This document shows, in pieces, positions 1 to 9,480 of a stretch of DNA of 64,000 bases (within the stretch, counting starts at the first letter, position 1; each line of letters begins with the position of its first letter). The stretch is from Candidatus Poribacteria bacterium. Lineage in GTDB: Bacteria; Poribacteria; WGA-4E; WGA-3G. The translations under genes and the position numbers were made by a program. Location: assembly GCA_965198235.1 (NCBI GenBank), contig OZ240248.1:2048001-2112000 (forward strand), read 5' to 3'. The notes beneath the pieces were generated by a model. It did not search any database. It was not told the DNA's origin and saw nothing but the letters and a program-made list of their open reading frames with translations.

Positions 1-243
1 GCGATGTATCTCGCGAAACCGTTCTTTATGATCTTGGTATCAGCAACGATTGGCGGGTATCTGCTTGTGTTTTCGGCGTTACATACACTCTACGTGAACC
101 GGAAATTCTTACCGCCAGAGATACAAACACCGTTGTGGAAGCAGATTGGACTGGTATTGTGCGCAGGCTATTATTCGATCTTCGGATCTATTACCGTCTA
201 TCAAAAGGTGCTTGTGCCTTACATTTTCCCGATTTTTGGATAG
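1..243 (+). CDS. C-terminal part of a multi-pass membrane protein (possibly Nramp-like transporter), truncated by the window edge
   Basis: Open frame from the window start with hydrophobic helices and '...NRKFLPPE...' followed by a final TM segment. Confidence 0.5.
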   Translation, partial: AMYLAKPFFMILVSATIGGYLLVFSALHTLYVNRKFLPPEIQTPLWKQIGLVLCAGYYSIFGSITVYQKVLVPYIFPIFG

Positions 244-255
244 AACGTTCACAGA

Positions 256-745
256 TGGGTAGGAGAATCCAAGACCTACCCCATACATGTCAATTTAGCG
301 GGATATATTCTTGTGGGAGGGTTTTGTAAACCCGATTAAGTTCATTGTCGTGCTCTATCCACTTTCAAAGTGGGGGTAACCCCGTTTGTAGTAGGGCATT
401 CATTGCCCGTTGTTGACCGTTCTCACTGCGAAGCAGTGCGATAAATCGCACGACTACGAACATACCTTCAATTTGAAACTGGATGGAACAGTAGGTTGGG
501 TTGAACGGATAATGCCAGAACCCTATCAACTCATAGAAAACTGATGCCCCTCCATACACTCGGTATCACAGATATACCGAGTGAAACCCAACACTCACTG
601 AAGGCTTCGCGCACAGAGAACTCCAAAATCTGCGAAATCCGTGTAATCCGTGATTCAGACGAGATATAGCACGCAAGTCCCATAAAAGACGAATATATTT
701 TCTAAAATTGACGGCTATGGGTAGGCACAAGACCCACCCCTACAT
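256..745. repeat. Patchwork of REP/MITE-like palindromic repeats
   Basis: Several short hairpins (gggtagg...cctaccc; gtgggagggttttgtaaacccga at 313-335). A ~130-bp unit at ~357-487 (gtagtagggcattcattgcccgtt...actacgaac) recurs at ~10574-10700, ~19720-19810 and ~54188. Confidence 0.65.
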
Positions 746-771
746 GGTCGGTTGACGCGTCCTGTTTTAAA

Positions 772-2283
772 TTATACCTCAACAATTGCTTCTACAAGGC
801 TCTCGACGGATGCCTTCTTTGCAACCACATCAACCCGCACATCACGCGCCAATGCCGTTTTCTGTGTTGTGGGACCGATCACGGCGACTTTGACATTAGC
901 GAGTAATGCTGTAGGGGTGTGTGTGGGAAACATCTCCAAGAAATTCGTGACCGTTGAGGAACTGGTGAACGTGACGAAGTCGATGCTACCGTTCAGGAGG
1001 TCTGCTTCAATCGCCTCTCGGTCTTCGCTCGCCACTTTGACGGTCCCGTAGAGAGGTACATCATCGACTTGTGCCCCCTTCTCACGCAAACCGTTGGGCA
1101 GATCAGCAGTAGCAATCTTCGCACGTGGCAGGAGAATTTTCTTTCCGTTCACATCTGTCATTTCAGAGGCAATCGCACTTCCGCGGGAGTGAGAAGGAAC
1201 AAAATCGGGATGGATACCGATGCGGTTTAAAGCCTCCACAGTTTTCGCGCCAACTGCACAGATACTGCTTCCACCGAACGCGCGGGCATCCTTTCCGTTT
1301 TCTTGTAGACGTTCATAGAAAATTTCTACGGCGTTGACACTCGTGAAGATAACCCAGTCGTATGCGTTGGGAGAGGGTATGTCCACACCCTCAATAGGGT
1401 GGATCTTTATCGTGGGGAATTGGATGACCTCTGCGCCGTTTGCTTCCAACAGATCTGCGAAATCGCTTGCCTGTGCACGGGCGCGTGTGACAAGGATTCG
1501 CTTCCCGAAGAGAGGTTTGGTGTCAAACCATCGGAGTTGCTGGCGTAGCCTGTTCACCTCTCCGACAACGATAACCGCCGGACTTTTGAGCTGAGCCGCT
1601 TCTACTTTTTGCACAATATCGGTAAGCGTACCTTGCACGACGTGCTGTTGCGGTGTCGTTCCGACGCGAACTAAACTGACGGGGGTTTGCGGATTTCTAC
1701 CGTGCGCTATCAGCCGTTCCACAATCTGATGAAGGTGCGCAACCCCCATGTAGACAACCAGTGTATCAACTGCGGTGGCGAGTTGTGCCCAATTGATGTT
1801 TGAACCTGAACGCAGTGCCGCGGAATGCCCCGTAACAAAAGCGACCGATGAGGCGTAGTCGCGATGTGTAACCGGAATGCCTGCATAAGCAGATGCGGCA
1901 ATCGCAGACGTGATACCCGGAACGACTTCAAAGGGAATTCCTGCTTCTGTAAGAGCAACCGCTTCTTCTCCACCGCGTCCAAAAATATACGGATCGCCGC
2001 CTTTCAGGCGGACAACGATTTTACCGGCTTTAGCGTGTTCAATCAGCAAATGATTGAGTTCATCTTGGCGTGTCGCTCGGATTCTTGGGTCGGGTGCCTT
2101 GATCTTTTCGGTGTGTGCAGGGCAATATTCCAGCAGGGCATCGTTTAGCAACAGGTCATAAATGACGACATCAGCGCGCTGAAGGCACTCTACACCTTTG
2201 AGCGTGATGAGTTTCCTATCACCGGGACCAGCACCTACAATGTAAACAATACCTGTGTGCGGTTTCTGAGAAGACGCGTTCAT
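772..2283 (-). CDS. cobA: Uroporphyrinogen-III C-methyltransferase / uroporphyrinogen-III synthase fusion (CobA-HemD)
   Basis: VYIVGAGPGD, VRLKGGDPYIFGRGGEE and VVPGITS motifs followed by a HemD domain (KPLFGKRILVTRA, FTSVNAV, FTSSSTV). Confidence 0.95.
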   Translation of the reverse strand: MNASSQKPHTGIVYIVGAGPGDRKLITLKGVECLQRADVVIYDLLLNDALLEYCPAHTEKIKAPDPRIRATRQDELNHLLIEHAKAGKIVVRLKGGDPYIFGRGGEEAVALTEAGIPFEVVPGITSAIAASAYAGIPVTHRDYASSVAFVTGHSAALRSGSNINWAQLATAVDTLVVYMGVAHLHQIVERLIAHGRNPQTPVSLVRVGTTPQQHVVQGTLTDIVQKVEAAQLKSPAVIVVGEVNRLRQQLRWFDTKPLFGKRILVTRARAQASDFADLLEANGAEVIQFPTIKIHPIEGVDIPSPNAYDWVIFTSVNAVEIFYERLQENGKDARAFGGSSICAVGAKTVEALNRIGIHPDFVPSHSRGSAIASEMTDVNGKKILLPRAKIATADLPNGLREKGAQVDDVPLYGTVKVASEDREAIEADLLNGSIDFVTFTSSSTVTNFLEMFPTHTPTALLANVKVAVIGPTTQKTALARDVRVDVVAKKASVESLVEAIVEV

Positions 2284-3206
2284 CAGTGGCTCTCCTCTAC
2301 CATCAATAGTTCTGTCGCCCCGCTATTTCGGAGTTTTTCGGCAACAACGCCGCCCAAATGTTGTGCCGCATCTGGTGCTCCGGTGGTGCGCTCAATAATG
2401 CGTTGGATACCGTCTGGATGACAAACCGCACCGATGAGCGAGAGTTCACCATCGACATGTTTCGCAAGTGCCCCAATCGGCACTTGGCATCCACCGCCGA
2501 GGCTTTCCAATACAGCCCTTTCCGCTGTGATTTCTGCCATTGCTGAGGCATCATTCAGAGGCAGAAGCAGTTTTTCGACCCTATCGTCTCCTTCCCGCAC
2601 TTCAATCGCGAGTGCGCCTTGCCCGACTGCTGGGATCATCTGTTCTGTGTCAAAGAATTGTGTGATGATTTCTGGTTTGAGGAGACGTTTGATACCTGCT
2701 GCAGCGAGAATAATTCCGTCGAGATCGGTTTCGCGGAGTTTGCGCAACCGCGTATCAATGTTGCCTCGAACATCAACGACTCGCAGATCTGGACGCATAT
2801 AGAGGAGTTGCGCTTTTCGGCGTGGACTTGTAGTGCCAATCTTCGCGCCTTCCGGCAAACTTTCTAAAGGCACTCCTGTGTCTGTTATAAGCACATCGCG
2901 CGGGTCTTCTCGCCTCGGGATAGCGGCAATACAAAGTCCTTCTGGCAATTCTGTCGGGAGATCTTTCAAACTGTGGACAGCGAGGTCGATGTCGCCGGTT
3001 AAGAGGGCGTTTTCTATCTCTTTGGTGAAAACACCTTTGCCGAGTCCAACTAACGAGCGGTTTTGGATTGTATCACCGGTGGTTTTGATGGTCTTGAGGG
3101 AGACTTCCAAGGTAGGGAAATGGTGTTCCAACTGATTTTTGATGAATTGTGCCTGCCAAAGTGCGAGTTGGCTGCCACGTGTGCCGATTACAAGCGAGCT
3201 GTGCAT
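2283..3206 (-). CDS. hemC: Hydroxymethylbilane synthase (porphobilinogen deaminase)
   Basis: IGTRGSQLALWQA, GKGVFTKEIE, DLAVHSLKDLP, RGNIDTRLRKL, GGGCQVPIG. Start set at ATG 3206; the longer ORF-track start runs through a repeat. Confidence 0.95.
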   Translation of the reverse strand: MHSSLVIGTRGSQLALWQAQFIKNQLEHHFPTLEVSLKTIKTTGDTIQNRSLVGLGKGVFTKEIENALLTGDIDLAVHSLKDLPTELPEGLCIAAIPRREDPRDVLITDTGVPLESLPEGAKIGTTSPRRKAQLLYMRPDLRVVDVRGNIDTRLRKLRETDLDGIILAAAGIKRLLKPEIITQFFDTEQMIPAVGQGALAIEVREGDDRVEKLLLPLNDASAMAEITAERAVLESLGGGCQVPIGALAKHVDGELSLIGAVCHPDGIQRIIERTTGAPDAAQHLGGVVAEKLRNSGATELLMVEESH

Positions 3207-3237
3207 TTTTAAATTATTAAATCTGTTAACCATCGAA

Positions 3238-3281
3238 GAAATCCGCAGAAACACCCAAGCAAAAACCCCAAGCAAAAACAC
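3238..3281 (+). repeat. A/C-rich module copy (family M1)
   Basis: gaaatccgcagaaacacccaagcaaaaaccccaagcaaaaacac, the same subunits as at 8049, 31741, 54094 and others. Confidence 0.8.
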
Positions 3282-3511
3282 TCGTGCTTTAACATTTATA
3301 ACGGAGTCGAGTTGATGGTTAAACCGTTCCAAATGTAAAGCAAAGACAAATTATGCCATTTAAGGAAACCTAATTTCGTTTCACGGTGATTTTCGGTTGA
3401 TTCCAATCGTCTCTTGATGATGAAGCACAGATAAAAACTTTACGATCCATAAACACTTAGCGTTAACTATAAACCTGCCGAAACGAAGTAGAGGCAGCCC
3501 AGGAGCAATTA

Positions 3512-4813
3512 TTAGAAATCTGTGTTCTCATCGTTAACATCCAAAGCGAACAATTCCTGTAGGGCTTGGACATATTGCCCATGATCGGCATCGCCGTCGT
3601 TGACAGCGCAGCGGAGATTTTGCATTGGATGATGGAGCAGTTTTTTGACAATTGCCTGCGTCATAGAGGCGATAACTTCCTCCTGCTGGTCGGAGAGTGT
3701 TGCCTTGTAGAAACACGCTTGCAATTCGGTGTCGGCTATCTGTCGAAACTGCTGATGCAGTGCTTTGATCGTAGGATTGACCTGAAAGATTTGCAATTGG
3801 TCGTAGAACCGCTTGGCTTCTTCAGAGACGATCTGCTCTGCACGGGTTGCTTCATGCTGACGGTCTTTGAGATTTGAGGCGACAACGGCTTCGAGATCAT
3901 CGATATTGTAGAGGAATGCGTGGTCGAGTTTGCTCACATCCGGCTCGATATCGCGTGGGACGGCGATGTCGATGAGGAACATATATCGGTGCTTCCGTTT
4001 CCGCATGATGTCGGCGAGAGGCTGTCGCTTGATGAGATAATCGGGGGCATTGGTAGAACTAATGACAATATCGGCATCAATGAGGAAACTGAGATCGCTG
4101 TCGTAGGCGAGGGGTGTTCCATTAAACTTCTCTGCGACGTTGACTGCCCGCTTGTATGTCCGATTTGCAACGATTACGTTGGAGACCCCATTTGCAACGA
4201 GATGCTTCGCTGTGAGTTCGCTCATCTCTCCTGCCCCGATAATCGCAACAGTTTTACCTTCGAGTGTGTTGAAAATCTTTTTGGCGAGTTCGACGGCGGC
4301 GTAACTAATGGAGACAGCACCGGTAGTGATTGTCGTCTCGGATCGGATGCGTTTACCAACGCTGAAGGCTTTGGTGAAAAGACGATTGAGAATAATCCCC
4401 GTGCTACCTGCCGAACGTGAGGTGTCGTAAGCATCTTTGACTTGCCCCAATATTTGGGACTCACCGACGACCATAGAATCGAGACTCGATGTCACTCTGA
4501 AGAGGTGCCGGATTGTCTCCAAGTTATGGTGGAGATACGTCCATTTCTTCAGCGATTCCGTATCAATCTGATGGCATCGGGAGAGGAATTCAGCCAACAC
4601 CTTGGTAGCTGCCTCGGCAGTCCGCACTGAATTCAGGACTGCATAGACTTCTACCCGATTACAGGTAGAGAGAATCACTGCCTCTTGGACCTGATCAGAT
4701 TCATGCAAGTACTGATGGGATTCAATGAGTTGTTCTTCGGAAAACGCCAATCTTTCCCTGAATTCAATAGGGGCGACATGATGGCTGGTTCCGATAGAGA
4801 CGATGTGGTTCAT
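3512..4813 (-). CDS. hemA: Glutamyl-tRNA reductase
   Basis: ILSTCNRVEVY, SSLDSMVVGESQILGQVKDAY, IGAGEMS, IDIAVPRDIE. ATG 4813 is preceded by AAGGA. Confidence 0.96.
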   Translation of the reverse strand: MNHIVSIGTSHHVAPIEFRERLAFSEEQLIESHQYLHESDQVQEAVILSTCNRVEVYAVLNSVRTAEAATKVLAEFLSRCHQIDTESLKKWTYLHHNLETIRHLFRVTSSLDSMVVGESQILGQVKDAYDTSRSAGSTGIILNRLFTKAFSVGKRIRSETTITTGAVSISYAAVELAKKIFNTLEGKTVAIIGAGEMSELTAKHLVANGVSNVIVANRTYKRAVNVAEKFNGTPLAYDSDLSFLIDADIVISSTNAPDYLIKRQPLADIMRKRKHRYMFLIDIAVPRDIEPDVSKLDHAFLYNIDDLEAVVASNLKDRQHEATRAEQIVSEEAKRFYDQLQIFQVNPTIKALHQQFRQIADTELQACFYKATLSDQQEEVIASMTQAIVKKLLHHPMQNLRCAVNDGDADHGQYVQALQELFALDVNDENTDF

Positions 4814-4865
4814 TCCTTTCACCGAAAGAGTCTAAAAGGTGAAGTATCCTTCATACGTTTACTAA

Positions 4866-4894
4866 ATTATATCACATATCAGCGGTTGTGTCAA
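4866..4894 (-). promoter_or_regulatory. Sigma70 promoter for hemA-hemC-cobA
   Basis: TTGACA-17 nt-TATAAT on the minus strand. Confidence 0.75.
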
Positions 4895-4962
4895 ATTTAG
4901 AACTCGCGATTTTCCCCTCGCTCAAACTTTTGACAACATATTTACTTGACAGTCTTCTAAAA

Positions 4963-5805
4963 TTAGCGGTACGTGTGCATGCTGTCTAAAAAGAGATCCA
5001 CGCCAACATAGGTGCAGAGAACCGCAACGAAACCGATGATTGCGGCATACGCCGCTCTGCGTCCGTGCCAGCCCCAAAGCTGACGGATACCGATTTGCAC
5101 GACATAGATAAACCACGTCATCAGGGTAGAGATTACCTTCGCATCGAGCCATCTCCACGGCACGTCTCGGATATATTGGGTCCAGAGACTCCCGACGATA
5201 ACCCCCATTGTGAGCAGAATCACACCCAAAATTGTGCAACGATACCCAAGTTCATCGGATATACCGAGGGAAGGGAGGAGGTTGTCGAGGAGCGTGTCCG
5301 TCTTTTTGCGGATTTTCCGTTCTGCTATGAGATACATCAACCCAAACCCAAATGCAGCGATGAACGCGGCGTATGCGAGAAAAATGAGTGTCGTGTGTGC
5401 CAGAAGCCAATAGTTTTGCAACGGTTCAGGAAGCGCGGCTGTGTGCGTGGCGAAACTATATGAGATGAGTATCGCAATAAACGCAACCGGCATCACAAAA
5501 CTGCCGAGTGTGCGGAGATGCGTCAGACGCACGATGACGAGATAAATCAGCGTGATTGCCCACGCAAAGAAGGCGGTGGAGTCGGTCCAGTGCGTCATCG
5601 GAAAATGCCCTTGCTGTAGCCACCAGAGTGCGATAAAGACGGTCAGAAAAGCGAAACCGATGATAGTACACCAAAAAGCGAGCCGCTCGATGGCTGGACG
5701 AATTACGGAGGCTTCGGTCCGATTCCCAATCGCCAGCGAGAGTGTCTGGAAAATGCCTGCCGCTAAGTATATTAAAAGGGTAACGAGAAATAGAAAATTT
5801 ATCAT
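4963..5805 (-). CDS. ccsA: Cytochrome c assembly protein (CcsA/HemX-like)
   Basis: About 8 TM helices, WLLAH, LPSL, GSLW...W.W.DAK (WWD-like) motif; typical position upstream of hemA. Confidence 0.85.
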   Translation of the reverse strand: MINFLFLVTLLIYLAAGIFQTLSLAIGNRTEASVIRPAIERLAFWCTIIGFAFLTVFIALWWLQQGHFPMTHWTDSTAFFAWAITLIYLVIVRLTHLRTLGSFVMPVAFIAILISYSFATHTAALPEPLQNYWLLAHTTLIFLAYAAFIAAFGFGLMYLIAERKIRKKTDTLLDNLLPSLGISDELGYRCTILGVILLTMGVIVGSLWTQYIRDVPWRWLDAKVISTLMTWFIYVVQIGIRQLWGWHGRRAAYAAIIGFVAVLCTYVGVDLFLDSMHTYR

Positions 5806-5875
5806 GCTCCGTGCGTCTTGAGGTGGTAATGGACGTGTACTCACAACGGATAGATATGACTATCCTTTGGCTATA

Positions 5876-6718
5876 TTATTCGTTTTCATTTTGGCTGTTG
5901 GCGAGTTGCGCCTGGAGACGTTCTAACTCGGCTTCTATTGCTTGTCGACGTTCCGATTCTGCTGCCGCCAGTTCTTCTGCCGCCTGTCGACGTTCCGATT
6001 CTTTTGCTGCCAGTTCTTCTGCCGCCACCCGTAGGTGATGTTCCTTCACCCGTAGATGATGTTCCTCAATAGAAGTGGTAATCGGGGTGCCATCAGGGAG
6101 GTAAGGGCGTAACAGCCGGACGTGGCTATGAAGCTGATCCTCCCATCGAAAATAGAGATTTAACGCCTCGCTGAATAGTCCTCTTTGTGCGTCCGGCGCG
6201 AGTTCTACGATGCCTCCCACGTCACTCCGTCTCCACCCGCGGAATTCCGCAGGTTTTTCCATTTCGGGTTGATGGATGAAGTACTCTTGAACACCCATTT
6301 CCAGCAGATACAGTTGGACTTTCTCATGCCGATCTTGATTCGCCGTCGCATCGGAAAGAAATTCAAAAACAGCCGCAGGAACAGCACCTTCTGCCCAGGT
6401 ATAAAAACTGCGACGCAGTGGATATTTATCAGCACCTAAAACGACATAAACGTCGGGTGAGACGCATTTTCTCATGTCGCCTTCACGGTAGTAGATGAAG
6501 TTGTCAACACCGATGTAAATGTGCGCGTTAATCGCAAAGTATCGCGAGAGTTGTTCAGAAAAGGTGGTGATTTGTTCCGCGTGAAAATCTGTTGCGGCCA
6601 TCGGCTCATCGTCCTCACAAGGGTATCCTTCAATGTAAACGGTCGGTTTTCCACTCGCTTTTGGAAAGACAGGCATGTATTTTCTTTGCTTCAATTCAAA
6701 ATCATTTAGCGTATTCAT
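5876..6718 (-). CDS. Uma2-family (PD-(D/E)XK) endonuclease-like protein with coiled-coil tail
   Basis: EPMA...H, SPDVYVV, FEFLSDAT..QDRHEK, GVQEYFI; repetitive EA-rich C-terminus. Confidence 0.8.
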   Translation of the reverse strand: MNTLNDFELKQRKYMPVFPKASGKPTVYIEGYPCEDDEPMAATDFHAEQITTFSEQLSRYFAINAHIYIGVDNFIYYREGDMRKCVSPDVYVVLGADKYPLRRSFYTWAEGAVPAAVFEFLSDATANQDRHEKVQLYLLEMGVQEYFIHQPEMEKPAEFRGWRRSDVGGIVELAPDAQRGLFSEALNLYFRWEDQLHSHVRLLRPYLPDGTPITTSIEEHHLRVKEHHLRVAAEELAAKESERRQAAEELAAAESERRQAIEAELERLQAQLANSQNENE

Positions 6719-6789
6719 TATGTTCTCCCTTCCTCAACCGTTTTGAAGATCTTTAAAAAAAGGCAGACTGTTTTTATTTTGATGCAATT

Positions 6790-7992
6790 TTAACAACACG
6801 TGTGCTCTTTGTCAAGTAGTTTGGAGGTAAAGGCGTTGGCGCGTTCCAGTTTGCCGTGCCGGACCCAGTTGAAAAGGCATTCGGCGGAACATTCAGGGTT
6901 TGTGAGACCAAGACAACATGTCTGCAGTTGTGCGTTCTTCATTTCAATCTTGTTGATGAGCGTCTCAAAGAAGTCGGCACGCTTTTTAGGGGTCGGAAAA
7001 GCCTTGAGAATCTCAGAGCGGCGCGTTCCGAGGAATTCAATAAACGCCCCGTAGCCGTTGTTTTCAAACTGGTTCGTGAGTTTTTTATGTAGGCGTTTTG
7101 CCTTGTCAATACCTGCACTGCTTCGCGCCGATACACTAATTATCAGATTGTCATCTATTATGAGATCCGGAGTGAAGTGGGTGCCAGCGTCCGGCGCATC
7201 AAGATATTCCCGAATGAATGTCCCCTCGCTTCTACAGTTGCCAATTCCCCCCTGATAAGGGGGGTTGGTGCTCAAAAGTCTATCTACAGCAGAAAATTGG
7301 TCTGCAATAACAAGAAACACGTCTTCAAGGTGATGCGGTTTCATTTCGTCGGGTGCCGGACAAACAACAGAGGCACCACATTGGTTGAGTAGGGAGAGGC
7401 GACGTTCAATTTCCGGTGTTTCTTGTGTACATAAAACAACACACCTACGATTTTCCAACAGAAGATAGACGGGGTACGGCAGTCCTTGATTCTCGATTGG
7501 TACGGGTTCTCCATCTTCGTATCCGAGTGTATATAGCGAGGTGGCGTATAGGACCTCCTCAAAATGTTCACGGATACGGCGACTCGTCGCCGGACTTCTA
7601 CCACTCGTAGAGATGCTCAGCATGAAGTCACCATCGGTTACGACGGAGGCGGCGGCGAAAGTGCACTGCGGGATGACATCAACAACGTTGACTAAACGGA
7701 TTTTGTGCTTTTCGTATGCTTCCGTGAAGACAGCAGAATTAATATCTGTAAAATCGGTCGCAGCGCAGACGAGAAAATAACCGTGTGTATCATCAGCCTC
7801 CAACTGCCGCTTGTGCCAGCGAATTGTGCCGATGTTTGCGAGGAATGTCAACAATTCCGTTGCATCGGGACTGATTACGGTGACATCGCCACCGCTGAGG
7901 AGCATGGCAACAACTTTCCGCTCCGCAACAGTACCACCGCCAACAACGAGGCATTTTTTGTCCTGAAGGTTTATATGTGCAGGATAGAACAT
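6790..7992 (-). CDS. Precorrin-2 dehydrogenase/sirohydrochlorin ferrochelatase (SirC/CysG N-terminal type) with an internally duplicated domain
   Basis: YP..INLQDKKCLVVGGGTVAERK, CAATD, VNVVD, SISTSGRSP; a second degenerate copy starts at LPYPVYLLLENRRCVV. Confidence 0.85.
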   Translation of the reverse strand: MFYPAHINLQDKKCLVVGGGTVAERKVVAMLLSGGDVTVISPDATELLTFLANIGTIRWHKRQLEADDTHGYFLVCAATDFTDINSAVFTEAYEKHKIRLVNVVDVIPQCTFAAASVVTDGDFMLSISTSGRSPATSRRIREHFEEVLYATSLYTLGYEDGEPVPIENQGLPYPVYLLLENRRCVVLCTQETPEIERRLSLLNQCGASVVCPAPDEMKPHHLEDVFLVIADQFSAVDRLLSTNPPYQGGIGNCRSEGTFIREYLDAPDAGTHFTPDLIIDDNLIISVSARSSAGIDKAKRLHKKLTNQFENNGYGAFIEFLGTRRSEILKAFPTPKKRADFFETLINKIEMKNAQLQTCCLGLTNPECSAECLFNWVRHGKLERANAFTSKLLDKEHTCC

Positions 7993-8030
7993 TTTATGAG
8001 TTTTCAGTTATCGGTTTTTTCTCATTTCCG

Positions 8031-8134
8031 CTGGCGAGGTTTCCTGGGGAAATCCACAGAAATCCACAGAAATCCACAGAAACACCCAAGCAAAAACACC
8101 CCTATCAAAAACCCCAAGCAAAACATCTCGCCAG
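8031..8134 (+). repeat. Palindrome (ctggcgag...ctcgccag) whose loop is filled with an M1 concatemer
   Basis: Loop contains gaaatccaca x3, gaaacacccaagc, aaaaacacccctatc, aaaaaccccaagc. Confidence 0.85.
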
Positions 8135-8160
8135 TTCACCAGTTATTATCCCTTGGGGTA

Positions 8161-9024
8161 TCATTCGCTTTCATTTTGGCGGTTGGCGAGTTGTGTTCGG
8201 AGGCGTTCTAACTCGGCTTCTATTGCCTGTCGTCGTTCTGACTCTTCTCTGGCGAGTCTTTCTGCTGCGAGTCGTCGCTCGGATTCTCCTACTGCCCGTT
8301 CTTCTGCTGCGAGTCGTCGCTCGGATTCTCCTACTGCCCGTTCTTCTGCTGCCACTCGTAGGTGATGTTCCTCCATAAAAGTTGTAATCGGGGTGCCATC
8401 AGGGAGGTAGGAGCGTAACAATCTGACGTGGGTATCCAGTTGATCCTCCCATCGAAAACAGAGATTTAACGCCTCGCTGAACAGACTCCCTTGTGCATCC
8501 GGCGCGAGTTCAACAATGTCCCCCACATCACTACGCCGCCACCCCCGAAACTCCGCAGGTTTCTCCATTTCAGGCTGATGGATGAAATACTCTTGAGCCC
8601 CCATATCTATCAGATAGCGTTGGACTTTTTCATGCCGATCTTCATTCGCTGTCGCATCGGAAAGGAATTCAAAGATAGTTGTAGGAATCGCACCTTCTGC
8701 CCAGGTATAAAAACTGCGCCGCAGCGGATATTTATCAGCCCCCAAGGCGACGTAAACATCGGGAGCGAGGCATTGTGTGATGTCTCCTTCACGGTAGTAG
8801 ATAAAACTGTCAATGCCAACGTGGATGTGTGCATTGATTTGGAAATATCGCGAGAGTTGTTCGTAAAAGACAGCGAGCTGTTCACCGTGAAATTCTGTTG
8901 CGGGCATAGGTTCATCGTCCTCGCAAGGGTAGCCTTCGATGTAAATGGTCGGTTTTCCACTCGCTTTTGGAAAGACAGGCATGTATTTTCTTTGCTTCAA
9001 TTCAAAATCGTTTCGCGTATTCAT
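8161..9024 (-). CDS. Uma2-family endonuclease-like protein, close paralogue of 5876-6718
   Basis: Near-identical N-terminus (DFELKQRKYMPVFPKASGKP); tail has a perfect 42-bp (14 aa) tandem repeat at ~8260-8350. Confidence 0.8.
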   Translation of the reverse strand: MNTRNDFELKQRKYMPVFPKASGKPTIYIEGYPCEDDEPMPATEFHGEQLAVFYEQLSRYFQINAHIHVGIDSFIYYREGDITQCLAPDVYVALGADKYPLRRSFYTWAEGAIPTTIFEFLSDATANEDRHEKVQRYLIDMGAQEYFIHQPEMEKPAEFRGWRRSDVGDIVELAPDAQGSLFSEALNLCFRWEDQLDTHVRLLRSYLPDGTPITTFMEEHHLRVAAEERAVGESERRLAAEERAVGESERRLAAERLAREESERRQAIEAELERLRTQLANRQNESE

Positions 9025-9316
9025 GATTTTCTTCCTTTGCGTATCAAGGCAGGAATGTCCCTCAGTTGCGTGAGAAGGTTAAAGCCGTTCTTAATCTTCA
9101 TCCGAATCGGTGTGTTTATAGCAAAGTCTCAAGGTTTCTCTTTTCAGGGCGTTGTAGTGCTATAGACATATCGCTCCTCTGGAGCGGCAAATTGAGCGTC
9201 CATCGGCGTTATGGGTATATCGTTCCTCATGAAATTTCAATAAATAATTCGGTAATTCTATGAGTACAGTTTTCAGCCAAGGATAACACCCAATCCTGCA
9301 AATCCTTTAATCCTGT

Positions 9317-9377
9317 CCCCCTGATAAGGGGCGGGGAATGCCATACGGCATTCATACCGTTGATTCTTGAGGGGGTT
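9317..9377 (+). repeat. CCCCCTGATAAGGGG repeat carrying the 36-nt module M2
   Basis: ccccctgataagggg|cggggaatgccatacggcattcataccgttgattct|tgagggggtt; also at 33024 and 43275. Confidence 0.8.
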
Positions 9378-9480
9378 ATCCTGATTCAGACAATTAACAC
9401 CTAAATTACCCAATTAAATTCTGAAACTCCATAAAGATTTTGCTACAACGCACAGCGATATATTAACTAACAACTATTCC

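Noticed and set aside
3207-3332. N-terminal extension of HemC in the ORF track
   Set aside because: It translates the reverse M1 repeat (VFLLGVFAWVFLRIS); HemC homology starts at ATG 3206
8031-8134. CRISPR array
   Set aside because: Units are 10-15 nt and abut without regular unique spacers; no cas genes are in the window
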